Source: Chrysomallon squamiferum
Taxonomy: Eukaryota > Animalia > Mollusca
Direction of reading: 5' to 3'
NCBI GenBank assembly: GCA_012295275.1
Contig: CM022667.1
Coordinates: 6,386,001-6,450,000 of the forward strand
DNA length: 64,000 nucleotides
Shown: positions 29,238-45,430 of the stretch, piece by piece
How the letters are laid out: every line of letters starts with the position of its first letter
Position numbering within the stretch: position 1 is the first letter of the stretch
Made by a program: the position numbers and the translations under genes
The notes under the pieces: model-generated
What the model saw: only the letters and a program-made list of their open reading frames with translations
What the model was told of the DNA's origin: nothing
Database searches by the model: none

Positions 29238-29261
29238 GTCAAACTACAACACCACAAACAG
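29238..29261 (+). CDS. Gene A2 stalk microexon 3 (GQTTTPQT)
   Basis: 24 nt, gtcacag|...|gtatga; exon sequence identical to 26691-26714. Confidence 0.82.
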
Positions 29262-30160
29262 GTATGATGTTTGTAGACGTAGAACTAATCACTGTCATAA
29301 TATGTTAATACATAAACTTTATTTTGTATTTTTCAGTACATAAAAAGTATTAATTTAAAATAAATTTAATATAATTTATGGGTAATGATTCTGTGTTTCC
29401 AGTATTAATATGATAAAGGGACTATATGAGTGACATATCATGAATTTAGAAACAAATTATGAATATTTATCACAGAACTGTCATTTTATTTTGCAAATTA
29501 CTATAAGAAAAATAATTATTAATGTAAATTTAATTTACTATACAGTTTATACTATACTACTACTACTACTATTCTTATTTATTTATTTATTTATCCCAGT
29601 GAAATTTTACATCAAGTTGTATAAATATGATTAGAAATTTAAAAACCAACATTCAAATTGTTGCTGTTGAAAAATAATCTGACTGATTAATAAAATGTTC
29701 CTAATAAAACACTTTAAAATACAACCTCTATGAACACACACATAATGTCATATATCTCCAACCTTGTAAAGCACCACTCACTAACATAATCATCCCCTTT
29801 ATCATCTCAATTTATTTGTTACTTCTAGAGGTTTCAGATAAGTCATATTTTTGTATTTCTATACATGCTTTCAAACTGTAATTATCTAGGGGTTTTTGGA
29901 TCAAAGTTTACAAAGAAACACAAAACTGACCATTTCACACACTGCAAGATCTTTCAGATACATTTACATTACCAGTGAAATTTTTAAAATACCTTAGTAT
30001 AATAGTCAACATAAGATTTTTACCTTTGAAACAGAAGTGGTAGTTTATATATATATATATATATATATTTATAAAACATTTTCTTTTGCATCATAAGGTA
30101 AACAAAATAATCAAAAGAAAATTATTATTTCATTTAAATTTTCTTTTGTCAATGTCATAG

Positions 30161-30184
30161 GTCAAACTACAACACAACAAACAG
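30161..30184 (+). CDS. Gene A2 stalk microexon 4 (GQTTTQQT)
   Basis: 24 nt, gtcatag|GTCAAACTACAACACAACAAACAG|gtatga. Confidence 0.82.
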
Positions 30185-30793
30185 GTATGATATTTGTACA
30201 GTTATAATTAATCATTGTCATAAAATCTTAATACATAAACTGTATTTTATAATTCTTAAAAATGTATTAATTTAATATAATTTAAAATAATTTTGTGGGT
30301 AATGATTCTGTGTTTCCAGTATTAATATGATAAAGGGACTGTATTAATCATATTGTGAATTTAGAAACAAATTATGAATATTTATCACAGAACTATCATT
30401 CTATTTTGCAAAATACTATAAGAAAAATAATTATTAATGTAAATTTAATTTACTACACAATTAATGCAGAATTTCATTTTTAGCCATTTATTTTCAATCA
30501 TAATTTTTAAGTATTTAAGTATTGTGACACTGATCAATATTATGCATGTACTAAACATGTACTTTGTGTTTAATCTGCTTCATTCTATTTATCATACATC
30601 TTCCCTGCAATTTCTTCTTTATCAAGATATTTGCTGGTGCTGTCATCAATACAAATAACTAACTTACCATAGCATCTCAGTTATATCACTACTTCATTTT
30701 AGTGATATGATACTTTTACAAAAAATATTAAAATCCCAGCTTTTAAGGTTTTTCTTCTGTTTTTGACTCAAATAGAGGTATGTTAAATTATGT

Positions 30794-30835
<42 letters not shown>

Positions 30836-32020
30836 TGTATTGTTATTATTATTGTTCTTGTATTATTTTTATTTTTATTTTTTTTCTCTCTGTTAATGCA
30901 ACCAGGAAATGAAATCTAAAATCTCATCAACAATGAATAAAAAACGTTTTTATAAATGTTGCTTTCAGTAATGCATTTTAACATATTAACATGACCATGA
31001 TTATGAAAACATTGGAAAGTCTAACTATAAACTTAATGTTTCAAATTCCAGTCAAGTTTTAAATAAGTTTCTATAAATATGTTCATGAGTTTGACCAATA
31101 GTTTCATGAATGTAATAACTGAAGTGTAAATTCTTTCTGTGGCAAAATATATACTTGACTGATGATTCATTGCTATTATTATTATTATTATTATTATTAT
31201 TTATTAATTTATGTTTTTATTTATTTATCCCAGTCAAATTTTACATCAAGTTTATTAAATATGATTAGAATTTTAAACACCAACACTCAAATTGTTGCTG
31301 TAGAAAAATAATCTGACTGATTAATGAAAATGTTCCTAATAAAACACTTTAAAACAGCTTCTATGAACACACACATACTGCCATATATGCCCAACCTTGT
31401 AAGATGCCAGCTGCTAGCATAACCACCCTTACATCTTCTGTCTCTCTTGTGTGCATTTATGAGGTGCTGGTGCCAATAATAATGTCTGGATTTGAAATGA
31501 GCTTAATTTTGTAGTTAGGTTTTATTGGGTCAAAGTAGTGAATGTGTGAAGTGAAAAAAACAAACAAAAAAAACTTGGTAATCAGAGCAAGCTGTTGTAA
31601 AGTACACTATCAAAGTAGAGGGTAACATAACCTTTGTAAACTTGTGTAAGACTGCACCAGAGACAGTAACAGGATGTAAAGCTATTTCCATAATGTATCT
31701 GAATGCCAGTCTCACAGCAGATTAATTTCTTTTAGATCTTCCTAAGACAACCTTGCAAAAGAGAAAGCCTTGGGTGTTCTATGCGAATTTTCACAATTTA
31801 AGACCTTGTTTTTTTAATTATTATTATTATAGTATCATTAATGTAATTCAGAATAGCTTTTGTTTGTTTGAAAGTGTGCAAAGAAATTTCAGGTTGACCA
31901 TTTCACACTTTGTATGATCTTTCAGATATATAACTAAAGTATCTTAATATAATATTTGACATAAAGAAACATTTCTGTGAAACAAGAAGGTGGCTGTTAA
32001 TGTATATTTATTTATTACAG

Positions 32021-32128
32021 GTCCTGGTGAATCACTTGACTGGTGTATTGCAGTGTCTGCTGTACTTGTGGTTCTTATTGTAGTTGGAATTGTCATCCTC
32101 ATTCTAGTGGTGAAGGAGCCATTTGATG
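32021..32128 (+). CDS. Gene A2 transmembrane exon GPGESLDWCIAVSAVLVVLIVVGIVILILVVKEPFD
   Basis: 108 nt, ttacag|GT...G|gtcagt, phase 1-1; ~22-residue aliphatic stretch followed by Lys. Confidence 0.88.
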
Positions 32129-34103
32129 GTCAGTTTTAGTTTTTCTATTTGGTTTATCTTTGAGATTCATCCAATGTTGCATATATAGATAAAAATGACA
32201 CAGAAAAACATGTTATACATACCACAACTCATCATGCTAGGCACACAGTCTCATCAGAGTATTTTGTTTTCTTTCTGATTTATTAATAAGATTAAATTTT
32301 ACTCAATGTTGACACTGAACAAAACGTGGCTGGGTTGTGCTACATGATTGAAGTAGTGTGCAACACTGTGTTTTGCCATATTAGTAACCTACTTCATCTA
32401 GTTTCCAGTTAATATAGCACCATTTTGTTTTAGTAGGTGATTGACGTGGCAAACCGTGTGTGTGTTTATGTAGATACATTTTTTCTTTTTGTATGTATGT
32501 ATGTTCACAGCAACCAGTTGTTCATTCCACTGCTATTACTGGAAAATAAGATTATAGGAAACAAAAAATGTATAACTTCTAGAATAGAATTCAAGGATTC
32601 ATAACCATTTTACCTTTTGTTTGATCTTGTGTATTATGTAACCTTCTTATGATCTTCAATCAAAATCAAAGCCCAGGATGTCAATAAGAAAATATAAAAC
32701 ATCTAGACATAATTGTTTTAGAAGTCAGGAGTCAAAGTATGAATGCCTGAGACCACAGGACATCTTTTGTATTGGATGAATCTGTCATCAACTACACACA
32801 CTGAAGTCCTGATATGTAGATCCCAATCAAGTTATGCATACTTGAAGCAGTAATCCCTAATGAACTGTTTAAACATATCAGTGCATTAAACATGTCAATG
32901 CTAAAAGAAAAGTCCTTTCCAGACTCAGACTTTTCTCTTCTTTTTTTCATATAGCCTCCTGCTATTATAACTTGGTAGAGATTTTTTGCTAAAGGTGATA
33001 ACTAGAAGTGATGAGAAGCCTTTGAAGGATGCAATTCAACACTGACCAGTATTTTTGTTATATGACCAAATTAATGATGAATAAAGCTCTTCACTGTTGA
33101 CAGTGTCTTTTTTCTCAGTGTTGGACATTTTGTCTACTGTTTCTGTTCATAATGTGCACATCTGTCTGCCTTCTTCATACCAGTATCCAAGATCAGCAGT
33201 TTTATCTTTTTTCTCATTGTCACAGAGTTGACATGAAAGGTTTTTTCTGAATGATTCATTTCATGTCTTTAAAAATGAGTAACAGTTGCAGTTATCTCTG
33301 TAAGGAAGGTATAGAATGTTTGATGCTAACCATTCTAACTTTCTGCCACCTATGATAGATTTTGCTGTGTGTCTTACACATTACATGGGCATGGATATTC
33401 ATATACTTACTTTCAGAATAACTTAAAATGGATCTAATATTCTGTACCAAAATTTCAGACTAGATATTTTTATTTGATAGCAGCAGAATATATGAAATAC
33501 ATTAGTTTGATATTGGAATTTTATTATAGTTTTCAGTCTTGGTTAGGCAAAATGAACTGCACATTACTCACTCATTTATATGATTTTGCATAAAATGACT
33601 TTAAAATGACTGATGCATCCAACATACATTTAACAATGTTTTATCATACATATCAATTTTAGATGTTCTGAATACATTTTCTGATTTACAAAGAGTGCTA
33701 CCTGTATAGGATTTTTTTTAGATGTTGGATTCTATATGAAGTTTGGGCCACTTTTTGCAGAGATTTCGAGTTTCAAAGATTGCTTTCCAAATCTTTGACA
33801 AATTTTGACAGATCTTATTTACAGATGTATAGGTTCAATGAATATAAAATCTTATATTTCTACATAAACAAAAATTGAGCACCACTTCTCTGTTCATGAA
33901 ATGATTTCTATAAAAGTAAAGTTTTTGGAAACTGATTAGCAATTAATTGTTTTCAATAGTGCATATTTTTATTTATTTATTTATTTTATTCTTCTTATTA
34001 TTGTTTTTAATTTTTTTTAACTTCACTCTTTTCTACTGCTGTTTTATATTATTCAATCTGATTATTTATTTGTTTATTATTATTAATATTATTTTTTTTT
34101 TTT

Positions 34104-34141
<38 letters not shown>

Positions 34142-34212
34142 GTGTTAGTATTATTAGTATTATTATTATTAATATTATTTACCGTTTAATTGAATTTATT
34201 GTGTAATTTTAG

Positions 34213-34259
34213 ACAAAATTCTGAAGACACTGGGGATAGTTTTGATAGTGTATAAATGA
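34213..34259 (+). CDS. Candidate A2 post-TM exon DKILKTLGIVLIVYK*, cut by the palindrome junction
   Basis: Acceptor aattttag| in phase 1; open frame. The last codons and the stop (34251-34259) come from the right palindrome arm. Confidence 0.45.
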
Positions 34260-35700
34260 GTGAGTAATGTGCAGTTCATTTTGCCTAACCAAGACTGAAA
34301 ACTATAATAAAATTCCAATATCAAACTAATGTATTTCATATATTCTGCTGCTATCAAATAAAAATATCTAGTCTGAAATTTTGGTACAGAATATTAGATC
34401 CATTTTAAGTTATTCTGAAAGTAAGTATATGAATATCCATGCCCATGTAATGTGTAAGACACACAGCAAAATCTATCATAGGTGGCAGAAAGTTAGAATG
34501 GTTAGCATCAAACATTCTATACCTTCCTTACAGAGATAACTGCAACTGTTACTCATTTTTAAAGACATGAAATGAATCATTCAGAAAAAACCTTTCATGT
34601 CAACTCTGTGACAATGAGAAAAAAGATAAAACTGCTGATCTTGGATACTGGTGTGAAGAAGGCAGACAGATGTGCACATTATGAACAGAAACAGTAGACA
34701 AAATGTCCAACACTGAGAAAAAAGACACTGTCAACAGTGAAGAGCTTTATTCATCATTAATTTGGTCATATAACAAAAATACTGGTCAGTGTTGAATTGC
34801 ATCCTTCAAAGGCTTCTCATCACTTCTAGTTATCACCTTTAGCAAAAAATCTCTACCAAGTTATAATAGCAGGAGGCTATATGAAAAAAAGAAGAGAAAA
34901 GTCTGAGTCTGGAAAGGACTTTTCTTTTAGCATTGACATGTTTAATGCACTGATATGTTTAAACAGTTCATTAGGGATTACTGCTTCAAGTATGCATAAC
35001 TTGATTGGGATCTACATATCAGGACTTCAGTGTGTGTAGTTGATGACAGATTCATCCAATACAAAAGATGTCCTGTGGTCTCAGGCATTCATACTTTGAC
35101 TCCTGACTTCTAAAACAATTATGTCTAGATGTTTTATATTTTCTTATTGACATCCTGGGCTTTGATTTTGATTGAAGATCATAAGAAGGTTACATAATAC
35201 ACAAGATCAAACAAAAGGTAAAATGGTTATGAATCCTTGAATTCTATTCTAGAAGTTATACATTTTTTGTTTCCTATAATCTTATTTTCCAGTAATAGCA
35301 GTGGAATGAACAACTGGTTGCTGTGAACATACATACATACAAAAGAAAAATGTATCTACATAAACACACACACGGTTTGCCACGTCAATCACCTACTAAA
35401 ACAAAATGGTGCTATATTAACTGGAAACTAGATGAAGTAGGTTACTAATATGGCAAAACACAGTGTTGCACACTACTTCAATCATGTAGCACAACCCAGC
35501 CACGTTTTGTTCAGTGTCAACATTGAGTAAAATTTAATCTTATTAATAAATCAGAAAGAAAACAAAATACTCTGATGAGACTGTGTGCCTAGCATGATGA
35601 GTTGTGGTATGTATAACATGTTTTTCTGTGTCATTTTTATCTATATATGCAACATTGGATGAATCTCAAAGATAAACCAAATAGAAAAACTAAAACTGAC

Positions 35701-35808
35701 CATCAAATGGCTCCTTCACCACTAGAATGAGGATGACAATTCCAACTACAATAAGAACCACAAGTACAGCAGACACTGCAATACACCAGTCAAGTGATTC
35801 ACCAGGAC
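35701..35808 (-). CDS. Inverted copy of the transmembrane exon
   Basis: Reverse complement of 32021-32128 with intact splice sites; it is a real exon only if the palindrome is real. Confidence 0.55.
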
Positions 35809-36994
35809 CTGTAATAAATAAATATACATTAACAGCCACCTTCTTGTTTCACAGAAATGTTTCTTTATGTCAAATATTATATTAAGATACTTTAGTTATA
35901 TATCTGAAAGATCATACAAAGTGTGAAATGGTCAACCTGAAATTTCTTTGCACACTTTCAAACAAACAAAAGCTATTCTGAATTACATTAATGATACTAT
36001 AATAATAATAATTAAAAAAACACAAGGTCTTAAATTGTGAAAATTCGCATAGAACACCCAAGGCTTTCTCTTTTGCAAGGTTGTCTTAGGAAGATCTAAA
36101 AGAAATTAATCTGCTGTGAGACTGGCATTCAGATACATTATGGAAATAGCTTTACATCCTGTTACTGTCTCTGGTGCAGTCTTACACAAGTTTACAAAGG
36201 TTATGTTACCCTCTACTTTGATAGTGTACTTTACAACAGCTTGCTCTGATTACCAAGTTTTTTTTGTTTTTTTTTCACTTCACACATTCACTACTTTGAC
36301 CCAATAAACCCTAACTACAAAATTAAGCTCATTTCAAATCCAGACATTATTATTGGCACCAGCACCTCATAAATGCACACAAGAGAGACAGAAGATGTAA
36401 GGGTGGTTATGCTAGCAGCTGGCATCTTACAAGGTTGGGCATATATGGCAGTATGTGTGTGTTCATAGAAGCTGTGTTTTAAAGTGTTTTATTAGGAACA
36501 TTTTCATTAATCAGTCAGATTATTTTTCTACAGCAACAATTTGAGTGTTGGTGTTTAAAATTCTAATCATATTTAATAAACTTGATGTAAAATTTGACTG
36601 GGATAAATAAATAAAAACATAAATTAATAAATAATAATAATAATAATAATAATAATAGCAATGAATCATCAGTCAAGTATATATTTTGCCACAGAAAGAA
36701 TTTACACTTCAGTTATTACATTCATGAAACTATTGGTCAAACTCATGAACATATTTATAGAAACTTATTTAAAACTTGACTGGAATTTGAAACATTAAGT
36801 TTATAGTTAGACTTTCCAATGTTTTCATAATCATGGTCATGTTAATATGTTAAAATGCATTACTGAAAGCAACATTTATAAAAACGTTTTTTATTCATTG
36901 TTGATGAGATTTTAGATTTCATTTCCTGGTTGGCATTAACAGAGAGAAAAAAAAAAAAAAAAAAATAATACAAGAACAATAATAATAACAATAC

Positions 36995-37038
<44 letters not shown>

Positions 37039-37648
37039 ACATAATTTAACATACCTCTATTTGAGTCAAAAACAGAAGAAAAAACCTTAAAAGCTGGGAT
37101 TTTAATATTTTTTGTAAAAGTATCATATCACTAAAATGAAGTAGTGATATAACTGAGATGCTATGGTAAGTTAGTTATTTGTATTGATGACAGCACCAGC
37201 AAATATCTTGATAAAGAAGAAATTGCAGGGAAGATGTATGATAAATAGAATGAAGCAGATTAAACACAAAGTACATGTTTAGTACATGCATAATATTGAT
37301 CAGTGTCACAATACTTAAATACTTAAAAATTATGATTGAAAATAAATGGCTAAAAATGAAATTCTGCATTAATTGTGTAGTAAATTAAATTTACATTAAT
37401 AATTATTTTTCTTATAGTATTTTGCAAAATAGAATGATAGTTCTGTGATAAATATTCATAATTTGTTTCTAAATTCACAATATGATTAATACAGTCCCTT
37501 TATCATATTAATACTGGAAACACAGAATCATTACCCACAAAATTATTTTTAAATTATATTAAATTAATACATTTTAAGAATTATAAAATACAGTTTATGT
37601 ATTAAGATTTTATGACAATGATTAATTATAACTGTACAAATATCATAC

Positions 37649-37672
37649 CTGTTTGTTGTGTTGTAGTTTGAC
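37649..37672 (-). CDS. Inverted copy of microexon GQTTTQQT
   Basis: Reverse complement of 30161-30184. Confidence 0.5.
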
Positions 37673-38573
37673 CTATGACATTGACAAAAGAAAATTTAAA
37701 TGAAATAATAATTTTCTTTTTGATTATTTTGTTTACCTTATGATGCAAAAGAAAATGTTTTATAAATATATATATATATATATATATATAAACTACCACT
37801 TCTGTTTCAAAGGTAAAAATCTTATGTTGACTATTATACTAAGGTATTTTAAAAATTTCACTGGTAATGTAAATGTATCTGAAAGATCTTGCAGTGTGTG
37901 AAATGGTCAGTTTTGTGTTTCTTTGTAAACTTTGATCCAAAAACCCCTAGATAATTACAGTTTGAAAGCATGTATAGAAATACAAAAATATGACTTATCT
38001 GAAACCTCTAGAAGTAACAAATAAATTGAGATGATAAAGGGGATGATTATGTTAGTGAGTGGTGCTTTACAAGGTTGGAGATATATGACATTATGTGTGT
38101 GTTCATAGAGGTTGTATTTTAAAGTGTTTTATTAGGAACATTTTATTAATCAGTCAGATTATTTTTCAACAGCAACAATTTGAATGTTGGTTTTTAAATT
38201 TCTAATCATATTTATACAACTTGATGTAAAATTTCACTGGGATAAATAAATAAATAAATAAGAATAGTAGTAGTAGTAGTATAGTATAAACTGTATAGTA
38301 AATTAAATTTACATTAATAATTATTTTTCTTATAGTAATTTGCAAAATAAAATGACAGTTCTGTGATAAATATTCATAATTTGTTTCTAAATTCATGATA
38401 TGTCACTCATATAGTCCCTTTATCATATTAATACTGGAAACACAGAATCATTACCCATAAATTATATTAAATTTATTTTAAATTAATACTTTTATGTACT
38501 GAAAAATACAAAATAAAGTTTATGTATTAACATATTATGACAGTGATTAGTTCTACGTCTACAAACATCATAC

Positions 38574-38597
38574 CTGTTTGTGGTGTTGTAGTTTGAC
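38574..38597 (-). CDS. Inverted copy of microexon GQTTTPQT
   Basis: Reverse complement of 29238-29261. Confidence 0.5.
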
Positions 38598-38811
38598 CTG
38601 TGACATTGAAAATGAAAATTTAAATGAAATAATAATTTTCTTTTTATTATTTTTTTACCTTATGATGCAAAAGAAAATGTTTTATGAAACTTTAGAAACT
38701 TTGAAAAAAATTTAAAATATATCTTTATGTCAACTATTATACTTAAGCATTCTGGAAAATCTGTGGTAATGTAAATGGGAATTGGAAAGATTCCGGCCCC
38801 GTATTTCTTGT

Positions 38812-39011
38812 NNNNNNNNNNNNNNNNNNNNNNNNNNNNNNNNNNNNNNNNNNNNNNNNNNNNNNNNNNNNNNNNNNNNNNNNNNNNNNNNNNNNNNNNN
38901 NNNNNNNNNNNNNNNNNNNNNNNNNNNNNNNNNNNNNNNNNNNNNNNNNNNNNNNNNNNNNNNNNNNNNNNNNNNNNNNNNNNNNNNNNNNNNNNNNNNN
39001 NNNNNNNNNNN
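38812..39011. other. Assembly gap (200 N)
   Basis: Run of N. Confidence 1.
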
Positions 39012-40640
<1,629 letters not shown>

Positions 40641-40723
40641 ATATAAAAGGTTTGTTACTTTTGTCATAAGCCGAAGTTGTTTAAACATAGCCAATAATAA
40701 TAGCGGCAGATTAAAACAGTTTC

Positions 40724-41070
<347 letters not shown>

Positions 41071-41249
41071 AAAAAAGAGAGATGCACTCACCAAATAATG
41101 CACACAGTAATTGTCCATAGTACAGGTCTTGTGCGGGTGGCAAGTGATGATGTGTGATCTGTTAAAATCAGAGCAGAATGAAAATCTCAATTAAATATAC
41201 CTTTAATGCATAGGATTATTTATTTATTTAAAAATAATAATAATAATTT

Positions 41250-41665
41250 TCAACCCGGCCGTATCAGATTTTTATGAAACTTGGTATACTTTCTTCATTG
41301 GGATCCCACATATCTCAGGAACTACTGGGCCAGTCTTCATAAAATTGGTACTGTTAATGCTTTGGGCCTGATTGTGTAGAACATGTTATGCCATTTGGCA
41401 TCTTTTCATATCCTTCAGCCATTACTTCAGACATGTCATGTGGATTTTGACTCTAAAAATGAGTTTTTTGTCTCGGGGAAGTGTATACATGTAGAAAATG
41501 TACATTGTAATGCATTGTATCAATCATCTGCGCAGGTATGCATTTTTAAAATCTATATTGTGGATATTGTGGCTAAACAAAAAATATTACACCTCTGAAA
41601 CTTTTATATGTTTCAGTTAATATGTGGGAGATTAAATTTCAAGAAAGGTTATCTCAAGGTCACGT
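41250..41665. mobile_element. Fragment of the Sola-like element
   Basis: 41370-41665 matches 52420-52695; 41255-41350 matches the subterminal sequence of 23608-24303 inverted. Confidence 0.75.
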
Positions 41666-42256
41666 TGTTATGCTAGCAACTGGCATTTTACAAGGTTGGG
41701 GATATATGGCATTATATGTGTGTTTATAGAAGCTGTTTTAAAGTGTTTTATTAGGAACATTTTCATTAATCAGTCAGATTATTTTTCAACAGCAACAATT
41801 TGAATGTTGGTGTTTAAAATTCTAATCATATTGATACAAGTTGATGTAAAATTTCACTGGGATAAATAAATAAATAAATAAGAATAGTAGTAGCAGTAGA
41901 ATAGTAATCACTGTACAGTAAGTTAAATTTACATTAATAATTATTTTTCTTAGAGTAATTTGAAAAATAAAATGGCAGTTCTGTGATAAATATTCATACT
42001 GTATTTCTAAATTCACAATATGTAACTCATAAGGTCAGTGTATGGGATTTTAATATTTTTTGTTAAAACATCATATCGCTAATCTGAAGTAGTAATGTAG
42101 CTGAGATGCTAATGTAAAGATTATTTTAAATTATGGTAAATACATTTATCTATTGAGAAATATAAACTACACTTTATGTATTAAGATATTATGACAATGA
42201 TTAGTTCTGTCTATAGTTTGACCTATGACACTGAAAACAAAAATTCAAAACGAAAA

Positions 42257-42326
<70 letters not shown>

Positions 42327-42804
42327 TTATGTTTTTTGTTGTTGTTGTTTTCTTATTCCTTTCTGGGGCATTTTGTATGACTATGTCATGTATGTGTGTG
42401 TGTGTTTATTGTTTCCAGTTTCTGTTAATTGAAAATTACTATAAACATAAATCTAGATTTCAACTTCGAAGCAAAATATTTGTATAGAGACAAGTAAACA
42501 AAATATACAAACATGAAATCTCCATGTATGGTGCATAAGAAAATGTTTGTAAAAGTCAGGTGTAAAACCTACTAAATAACACACACAAAATCACATGCTC
42601 AGAGTCATGCAGTTATTTATTTTCAGAAAAATAAATAAATAAATAAAATAAGAAATAAGTCTAATGAGAAGAAAAGTCTATCCAAGTTATGACAATAAAA
42701 CAAAATCAGCTGATATACTCTGCATGGTCAATTTTGTTTTAATATAAATTCAATAACTAAAGTGTACTGGTTAAGCAAGTTTATGATATTTGTTTCTGAA
42801 ATTC

Positions 42805-42860
<56 letters not shown>

Positions 42861-42980
42861 CATCAGTAATAATAATAATAAATAAATAAAGAAGTAAATA
42901 ATAAGAAAGAAAAAATTGTTAAAGTTTGTGAAATTAAGATTTTATGACAATGATTAGTTCTACATGTACAAATATAATAC

Positions 42981-43004
42981 CTGTCTGTGATGATGAAGTT
43001 GGAC
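42981..43004 (-). CDS. Gene A3 stalk microexon (GPTSSSQT)
   Basis: 24 nt, gtcacag|GTCCAACTTCATCATCACAGACAG|gtatta. Confidence 0.78.
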
Positions 43005-45406
43005 CTGTGACATTGAAAAAGAAAATTTAAATGAAATAATAATTTTCTTTTTATTATTTTGTTTACATTATGATGCAAAAGAAAATGTTTTATGAAACTT
43101 TATAATTTTTTTTTAAATACCTTAGTATAATAGTTGACATATATATACAAACAACCCCTTCTGTTTCAAAGGTAAAAATCTTTATGTCGACTATTATACT
43201 AAGGTATTTTAAAAAACCACTGGTAATGTAAATGTATCTGAAAGATCTTGCAGTGTGTGAAATGGTCAGTTTTGTATTTCTTTGTAAACTTTTAAACACA
43301 GCTTTGATCCAAAAACCACTGGCTATAAACTGTTTGAAAACACTTCGCAGATATACGAATCATTTTAAATCATTATCAGTACCTTCTGGAAGTAACAGAA
43401 TACACTGAGATGATAAAGGGGATGATTGTGTTAATAAGTGGTGTTTTACAAGGTTGGGGATGTGTAACATTATGTGTGTGTTCATAGAGGTTGTATTTTA
43501 AAGTGTTTATTAGGAACATTTTACTAATGAATCATCAGTCACTGTATTATATATATTTTTTGTTTTTTTCAACAGAAAGCATTTACACTTCAATTATTAC
43601 ATTCATGAAACTATTCTGTAAGCTCTTGAACATATTTATACAAACTTGATGTAAAACTTCCCTGGATGGCAACATTAATACTTTAAATCACTTTACTGAC
43701 AGCAACAGTTATCAAAAAGTTCTTTATTCACTGTTGCTGGGTTTTAAACTTCATTTCCTAGTAGCATAAATGCAAATGCAAATAATAAAAATAATAATAA
43801 TAATAATAATATACATACATATACATACATACATATATACATACATACATACATACATACATAGATACATACATACATACATACATACATACATACATAC
43901 ATACATACCAACACCAGTAATGATCTTGATAAACAACAAGCTGCAGGGAAGATGTGAGATAAATGGAATGAAGCGGATTAGACACAAAAATTAATTATTC
44001 GAAATTATATTAAACTAATTCATTTAGGTATTGATGCACAAGAATAAGTTTTATAACAAATTTATGTAAATGATACATATATGTTTAATTTGTTTATTCA
44101 TGTGTAAGTAACTGTAATAAGTAAATCACTATGACAGAAAAACATTTTACTGTGAATGCTCTGTTTGTCACTGTTATAATAAATCTGTATGCTGAATACA
44201 TTATATTAAAGTACATTAAAATTAAATACAGTAGTAATATATCAGGAAGATCTCCTAAAGTATGAATTGGTCGCTCTTAAATTTCTTTGCAAACCTTGAA
44301 ACAAAAATGTACTCTGCAAAACTGAATTTCAAAGCATAATTTAAGAATACAAACTTATGCTCATTTTGTATCCAGACATTATCACCAGAACCCTTGTAAA
44401 GTAAAACAATAAGCAGATATGATATAAGGGATGATTGTGTTAGTAACTGGTACTTTACAATTTTACTTGGGGATAAATAGCATTATGTATGTGTTCATAG
44501 CAGCTGAGTTTTAAAGTGTTTTATTAGGAACATTTTGCAATTCAGTCAGATTATTTATTCATAGAAAGAATTGGCACTTCAATTGTTACATATGAAACTA
44601 TTACACATATTAAACATACTCATAAACTTGATATAGAACATGACTGGAATCTGAAACATCATTAAGTTTATAGCTTGGCTTTCCAATGTTGTCAAAGTTA
44701 TGGAAATGTTAATATTTGAAAATATTTTGTATCCATTGTTGTGGGGATTTTAGACTTCATTTCCTAGTAAAACTACTACTACTACTAATAATAATAACAA
44801 AAACATATAACAGACCTTTTTAGTGGTGATACACAAGAAAATAACAACAAATATATTGTAAAATTAATTAGAATATAACTGCTGCTTCATGGTGAAATTA
44901 AGCTTCCACAACAAATATCTTTACATCCATCACCAACACCAGTAATAATCTTGAGAAACAAACAGCTGCAGGGAAAATGTATGTTAAATGGAATAAAGCA
45001 GATTAGACACATGGTGTGTTTAGTACATGCAGAATAGTAATCCATATCATAATACTTATTTAAAAAACAAAACTAAAAACAAGTGTATGGTTATAAAATC
45101 AGCTGCAACTCCATTTTTTTTTTTTTTTTTTTTTAATTATTTTTATTAATCCTTTTTTTCTAATGTATTACTAGTTTTCAAAATGAAGTGACATTTCTGT
45201 TCTAATTACTTGCAACATTTCTAAATTCATAAAATATTAATCATGTAGCACTTTTTTCATACTGATACTGGAAATAGAGAAATATTACCCAGAAAATTAT
45301 TTTAAAGTATATTAACTTAACACATTTACTACTGAGAAATACAAAATAAGGTTTATGTATTAACATATTATGACAGTGATTACTTCTACATGTACAAACA
45401 TCATAC

Positions 45407-45430
45407 CTGTTTGTGGTATTGTAGTTGGAC
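45407..45430 (-). CDS. Gene A3 stalk microexon (xPTTIPQT)
   Basis: 24 nt, gtcacag|GTCCAACTACAATACCACAAACAG|gtatga. Confidence 0.8.

Larger units (their letters stand above)
29088..38743. repeat. Large inverted repeat: arms 29088-33580 and 34251-38743, 670-bp spacer
   Basis: Arms are near-perfect reverse complements. Identical ORF-track peptides appear on opposite strands (29440/38396, 30464/37369). Confidence 0.97.

Noticed and set aside
31460-31800. Possible Tc1/mariner remnant (ORF MRLAFRYIME..., duplicated at 36116)
   Set aside because: Too degenerate to support; the duplication is explained by the palindrome.
42191-43994. Poly-Y, poly-I and YVCM-repeat ORFs (also 28262-28529)
   Set aside because: Products of (TAT)n and (TATG)n microsatellites.
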